32,000 bases of DNA from Candidatus Iainarchaeum sp. (lineage in GTDB: Archaea > Iainarchaeota > Iainarchaeia > Iainarchaeales > JAZDEL01), in NCBI GenBank assembly GCA_043808785.1, contig JAZDEL010000009.1, positions 60,001 to 92,000 on the forward strand, given 5' to 3'. The first letter of the stretch is position 1, and each line of letters begins with the position of its first letter. The notes beneath the pieces were generated by a model. It made no database searches. It saw nothing but the letters and a program-made list of their open reading frames with translations, and had not been told where the DNA came from. Both the position numbers and the translations under genes were made by a program. Shown in pieces: positions 29,885 through 32,000 of this stretch.

Positions 29885-31651
29885 ATGGAGCGGAAGAATG
29901 TGGTTACCCTTGCCTTGGGCGCGGCTGTAGTGGTGCTTCTGGGCGCAGTTGCCGTGCTTGTCCTTCAGCCTAACCCTCCGCCCGTTAATCCGCCGCCCGT
30001 TGTCGGGGATGAGGATTACAAATGGGGCTTCCTCACCCGCGGCACTGCGGAGATTGCGCAGGAGTTCGCGCAATTGGGCGTGCCTTTTGTGCGCACAGGC
30101 ACGATTGAACTTTACATGCCTTTCGATGAGCTCGACGCATACTACCGCGCGTTCGAGTTTGAGGGAATTGAGCTTGCGGTCACTCCCCAGCCGAATTTCA
30201 AGGACAGCACGGAGAAAATAATCGGGGGCATACGCCCCTTTGTGCAGCGCTATGACGGCGATGCGGATTACGATAATGACGGCAAGGCCGACGGGGAGAA
30301 AATGCCTTTCGTGAAATACTGGCAGTTAGGCACCGAGGTTGACGCAAGCGCGACAGGGATCGAGAAGGCCACGCCGCAGCGCTATGCCGAGGTGCTGAAG
30401 GAATTCTACATAATGGTTAAGGAGGAAAGCCCGCGCGCGAAAGTTGTGGGGCCGAGCGTTATAGGGCACATGAACTTCCCCAACGACCAGGGCAGGGATT
30501 CGAAGGATTACATTAAGCAGGTAATCGATGCAGGCGGCCTTGCTTACACGGACATGATAGATTTCCACTATTATTACTGGTGGGACGCATTGAATTACGA
30601 CGACATAAAATACTCCGTGGATTTCCTGCGCGCGAACGCAAAGGGCAAGGAAATAATGCTCGGCGAAACAGGTGCGCCCTCGGGCACGGTTGAATACGAA
30701 TTCGACGGCACAATCACAAAACGCTTCTACTCGGAAGAATCTCAGGCGGCCTACCTTGCGAAAATATTCCCCTACTCCTTCGCGCTCGGCATAGACAAGG
30801 TTGTGTGGGCATACGGCATGGTTGAGAGCAAGTGGGGCACGGAAACCGCCGGAGGGGTGCTGATGCAGGGCTTAGGCGGGCAAAAATCCGCGCAGCAGAG
30901 CGTGCTTTCCGATTTCAAACTCGACCTCGACTTGGGGAGCGCAACCCTAACATGGCAGAACCCGGAGGAGGAGGATATTTCAGGCGTGATGATGCGCTAC
31001 AGCACCTCGGCATACCCGCAGACAGTGAAAGACGGAACCCTGCTTGCGGAAGTTGCAGTGCAGCCGGGGGAAGTATCGGCATATGTTTTCAATGGCGCGA
31101 AAAGCGCGGTGAAATATTATTACTCCCTCTTCCCGAAATACGCGGACGGCAGTTACGGTGCGCCCTCGGAGAACTTCGGGCGTTACGTGGACCATTACTT
31201 CGCGCACACGGGGCTTATTTACAACGGTTATGGTTCGGATGATAAAGGCGCGGGGGTGAAGAAGCGCTCCTATTACGCGTATAAACTCATGTCGGAAAAG
31301 CTCGGGCAGTGCAAACTCGGCACAGCAAAGATTGTTCAGACAGGCGTGCCAAACACAATCGTGGTTTCAATCGGGAAGAAAAACGGCAAGATGCTTTATG
31401 TCGCGTGGAGCGATACCGCGCCTGCGTCTAACGGCGGAGGGAGCGTGCCGCCTGTTGTTGCTGAAGGAAGCATGCCCCCTATCGTGGCGCAAAACCCTTC
31501 CGTGGAAATCTTCGTCGGCGCGGGGAATGCGAAGGTGACAAACTCGGTGCCCGATTCCGCGGGCAATGTTTCTTCCGAAACCGTGCCTGCCCGAAACGGC
31601 ACGCTCAAAATAGAACTCGGCAACTCGCCTGTTTACATAGAACCAATTTAA
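29885..31651 (+). CDS. secreted/anchored clan GH-A (TIM-barrel) glycoside-hydrolase-like protein with FN3-like insertion
   Basis: The signal anchor is MERKNVVTLALGAAVVVLLGAVAVLVL, followed by a Pro-rich linker. KYWQLGTEVD resembles the acid/base strand (usually W.iGNE.) and EIMLGETGAPS the nucleophile strand (..tE.G). The segment TLTWQNPEEEDISGVMMRYS...YYYSLFPKY is FN3-like. The track ORF starts at TTG 29840. Confidence 0.65.
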   Translation: MERKNVVTLALGAAVVVLLGAVAVLVLQPNPPPVNPPPVVGDEDYKWGFLTRGTAEIAQEFAQLGVPFVRTGTIELYMPFDELDAYYRAFEFEGIELAVTPQPNFKDSTEKIIGGIRPFVQRYDGDADYDNDGKADGEKMPFVKYWQLGTEVDASATGIEKATPQRYAEVLKEFYIMVKEESPRAKVVGPSVIGHMNFPNDQGRDSKDYIKQVIDAGGLAYTDMIDFHYYYWWDALNYDDIKYSVDFLRANAKGKEIMLGETGAPSGTVEYEFDGTITKRFYSEESQAAYLAKIFPYSFALGIDKVVWAYGMVESKWGTETAGGVLMQGLGGQKSAQQSVLSDFKLDLDLGSATLTWQNPEEEDISGVMMRYSTSAYPQTVKDGTLLAEVAVQPGEVSAYVFNGAKSAVKYYYSLFPKYADGSYGAPSENFGRYVDHYFAHTGLIYNGYGSDDKGAGVKKRSYYAYKLMSEKLGQCKLGTAKIVQTGVPNTIVVSIGKKNGKMLYVAWSDTAPASNGGGSVPPVVAEGSMPPIVAQNPSVEIFVGAGNAKVTNSVPDSAGNVSSETVPARNGTLKIELGNSPVYIEPI

Positions 31652-31654
31652 ATA
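31647..31654 (+). promoter_or_regulatory. TATA-box-like element (TTTAAATA) overlapping the stop of the preceding gene, for the Trm112-like gene
   Basis: The centre is 27.5 nt upstream of GTG 31678 and 36.5 nt upstream of ATG 31687. Confidence 0.45.
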
Positions 31655-31686
31655 AACTTCCCGCGAACTTTCCTACGGTGGTTTTC

Positions 31687-31866
31687 ATGGCAAAGGTGCA
31701 GAAGGAACTTTCAAAAGCGCTCCTTGACGTGCTCGCCTGCCCGAAATGCAAGGGCGATTTGGATTACAGGAAAAAGCAGGGCAAACTGGTATGCAAAAAC
31801 AAGCCCTGCGCGCGCGAGTACAGGATTGAGAACGGCATACCGATAATGCTTGCGGATGAAAGTTAG
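31687..31866 (+). CDS. Trm112/YcaR (UPF0434) zinc-ribbon protein
   Basis: LLDVLACPKCKGDLDY...LVCKNKPCAREYRIENGIPIMLADE is the Trm112-like C-x2-C ... C-x2-C zinc-ribbon followed by the GIP(I/V)(M/L)L signature. An alternative start is GTG 31678. Confidence 0.8.
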   Translation: MAKVQKELSKALLDVLACPKCKGDLDYRKKQGKLVCKNKPCAREYRIENGIPIMLADES

Positions 31867-31955
31867 GCCCATTGCGGGAAACCCTGGTGCGGCAAGGGCA
31901 GCCCTCAGGGCGGGGGTTAACGCCTGCAGTGCCTGCCGGGCGCGCGGCAGCAATG

Positions 31956-31963
31956 TTTAAATA
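31956..31963 (+). promoter_or_regulatory. TATA-box-like element (TTTAAATA); a next gene may start at GTG 31987
   Basis: The box has the same sequence as the others in the window. Its centre is 27.5 nt upstream of GTG 31987, and only 14 nt of that frame lie inside the window. Confidence 0.3.
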
Positions 31964-32000
31964 ATCCAAAAGCCTATCTTTATCGGTGATTTGCTTGAAG

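Noticed and set aside
31867-31955. A GC-rich segment after the Trm112-like gene (GGGGGTTAAC, CTGCCG-GGCGCG-CGGCAG hairpin) was considered as a tRNA or as another copy of the 47-bp palindrome.
   Set aside because: I could not fold a cloverleaf with acceptor, T-arm or GTTC features. Only one 9-nt arm-like string is present, with no inverted partner. The 6-bp hairpin at 31933-31950 may simply be a terminator-like structure.

Overview
This 32-kb window is gene-dense (about 27 protein genes on both strands) and moderately GC-rich. I see no rRNA, tRNA, CRISPR array, integrase or transposase.

Likely source (inference): an archaeon, plausibly a small-genome DPANN-type lineage.
- TTTAAATA-type boxes sit 26-29 nt upstream of the first start codon of transcription units, which implies leaderless mRNAs. 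Shine-Dalgarno motifs appear only before a few genes.
- The window also holds a TrmB-family regulator, an HTH+CBS regulator and C-terminally anchored beta-sandwich envelope proteins.
- Many genes look bacterial: E. coli-like MetK, a HydABC-type [FeFe]-hydrogenase, SufS, Fic, TraB and YbaK.

Layout:
- 2-2140: partial hypothetical gene, small membrane protein, TrmB regulator.
- 2254-11478: about 9 kb cell-surface island. It has a four-gene minus-strand operon (231-aa, 76-aa, 747-aa and a roughly 1030-aa vWA protein) and a divergent 899-aa Cys-rich repeat protein.
- 11586-13566: HTH-CBS regulator divergent from metK.
- 13618-14928: AT-richer gene with two excisionase-type HTHs and a sigma-70 region-2-like domain.
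- 15076-17255: YbaK-like gene overlapping an FkbH-HAD/methyltransferase fusion.
- 17274-18588: Fic gene plus a 78-aa ORF, bracketed by two 47-bp palindromic elements.
- 18605-22110: sufS with a Cys-rich membrane protein, then a PHP phosphoesterase, a tRNA-binding protein and a hypothetical gene.
- 22184-22287: highly structured repeat.
- 22339-27135: membrane protein followed by hydC-hydB-hydA.
- 27200-31866: AT-rich radical SAM gene, TraB-family gene, secreted clan-A glycosidase-like protein, Trm112-like protein.

Best candidates for something undescribed:
1. The vWA/beta-sandwich surface operon, with a 16-residue basic 'NP(F/V)xxI' repeat shared by a free-standing 76-aa ORF and the cytoplasmic tail of the 747-aa protein.
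2. The 47-bp palindromes framing the Fic cassette.
3. The HTH-HTH-sigma-r2-like protein.
4. The nested-hairpin element upstream of the hydrogenase cluster.

All family assignments come from motif recognition by eye. No searches were run.
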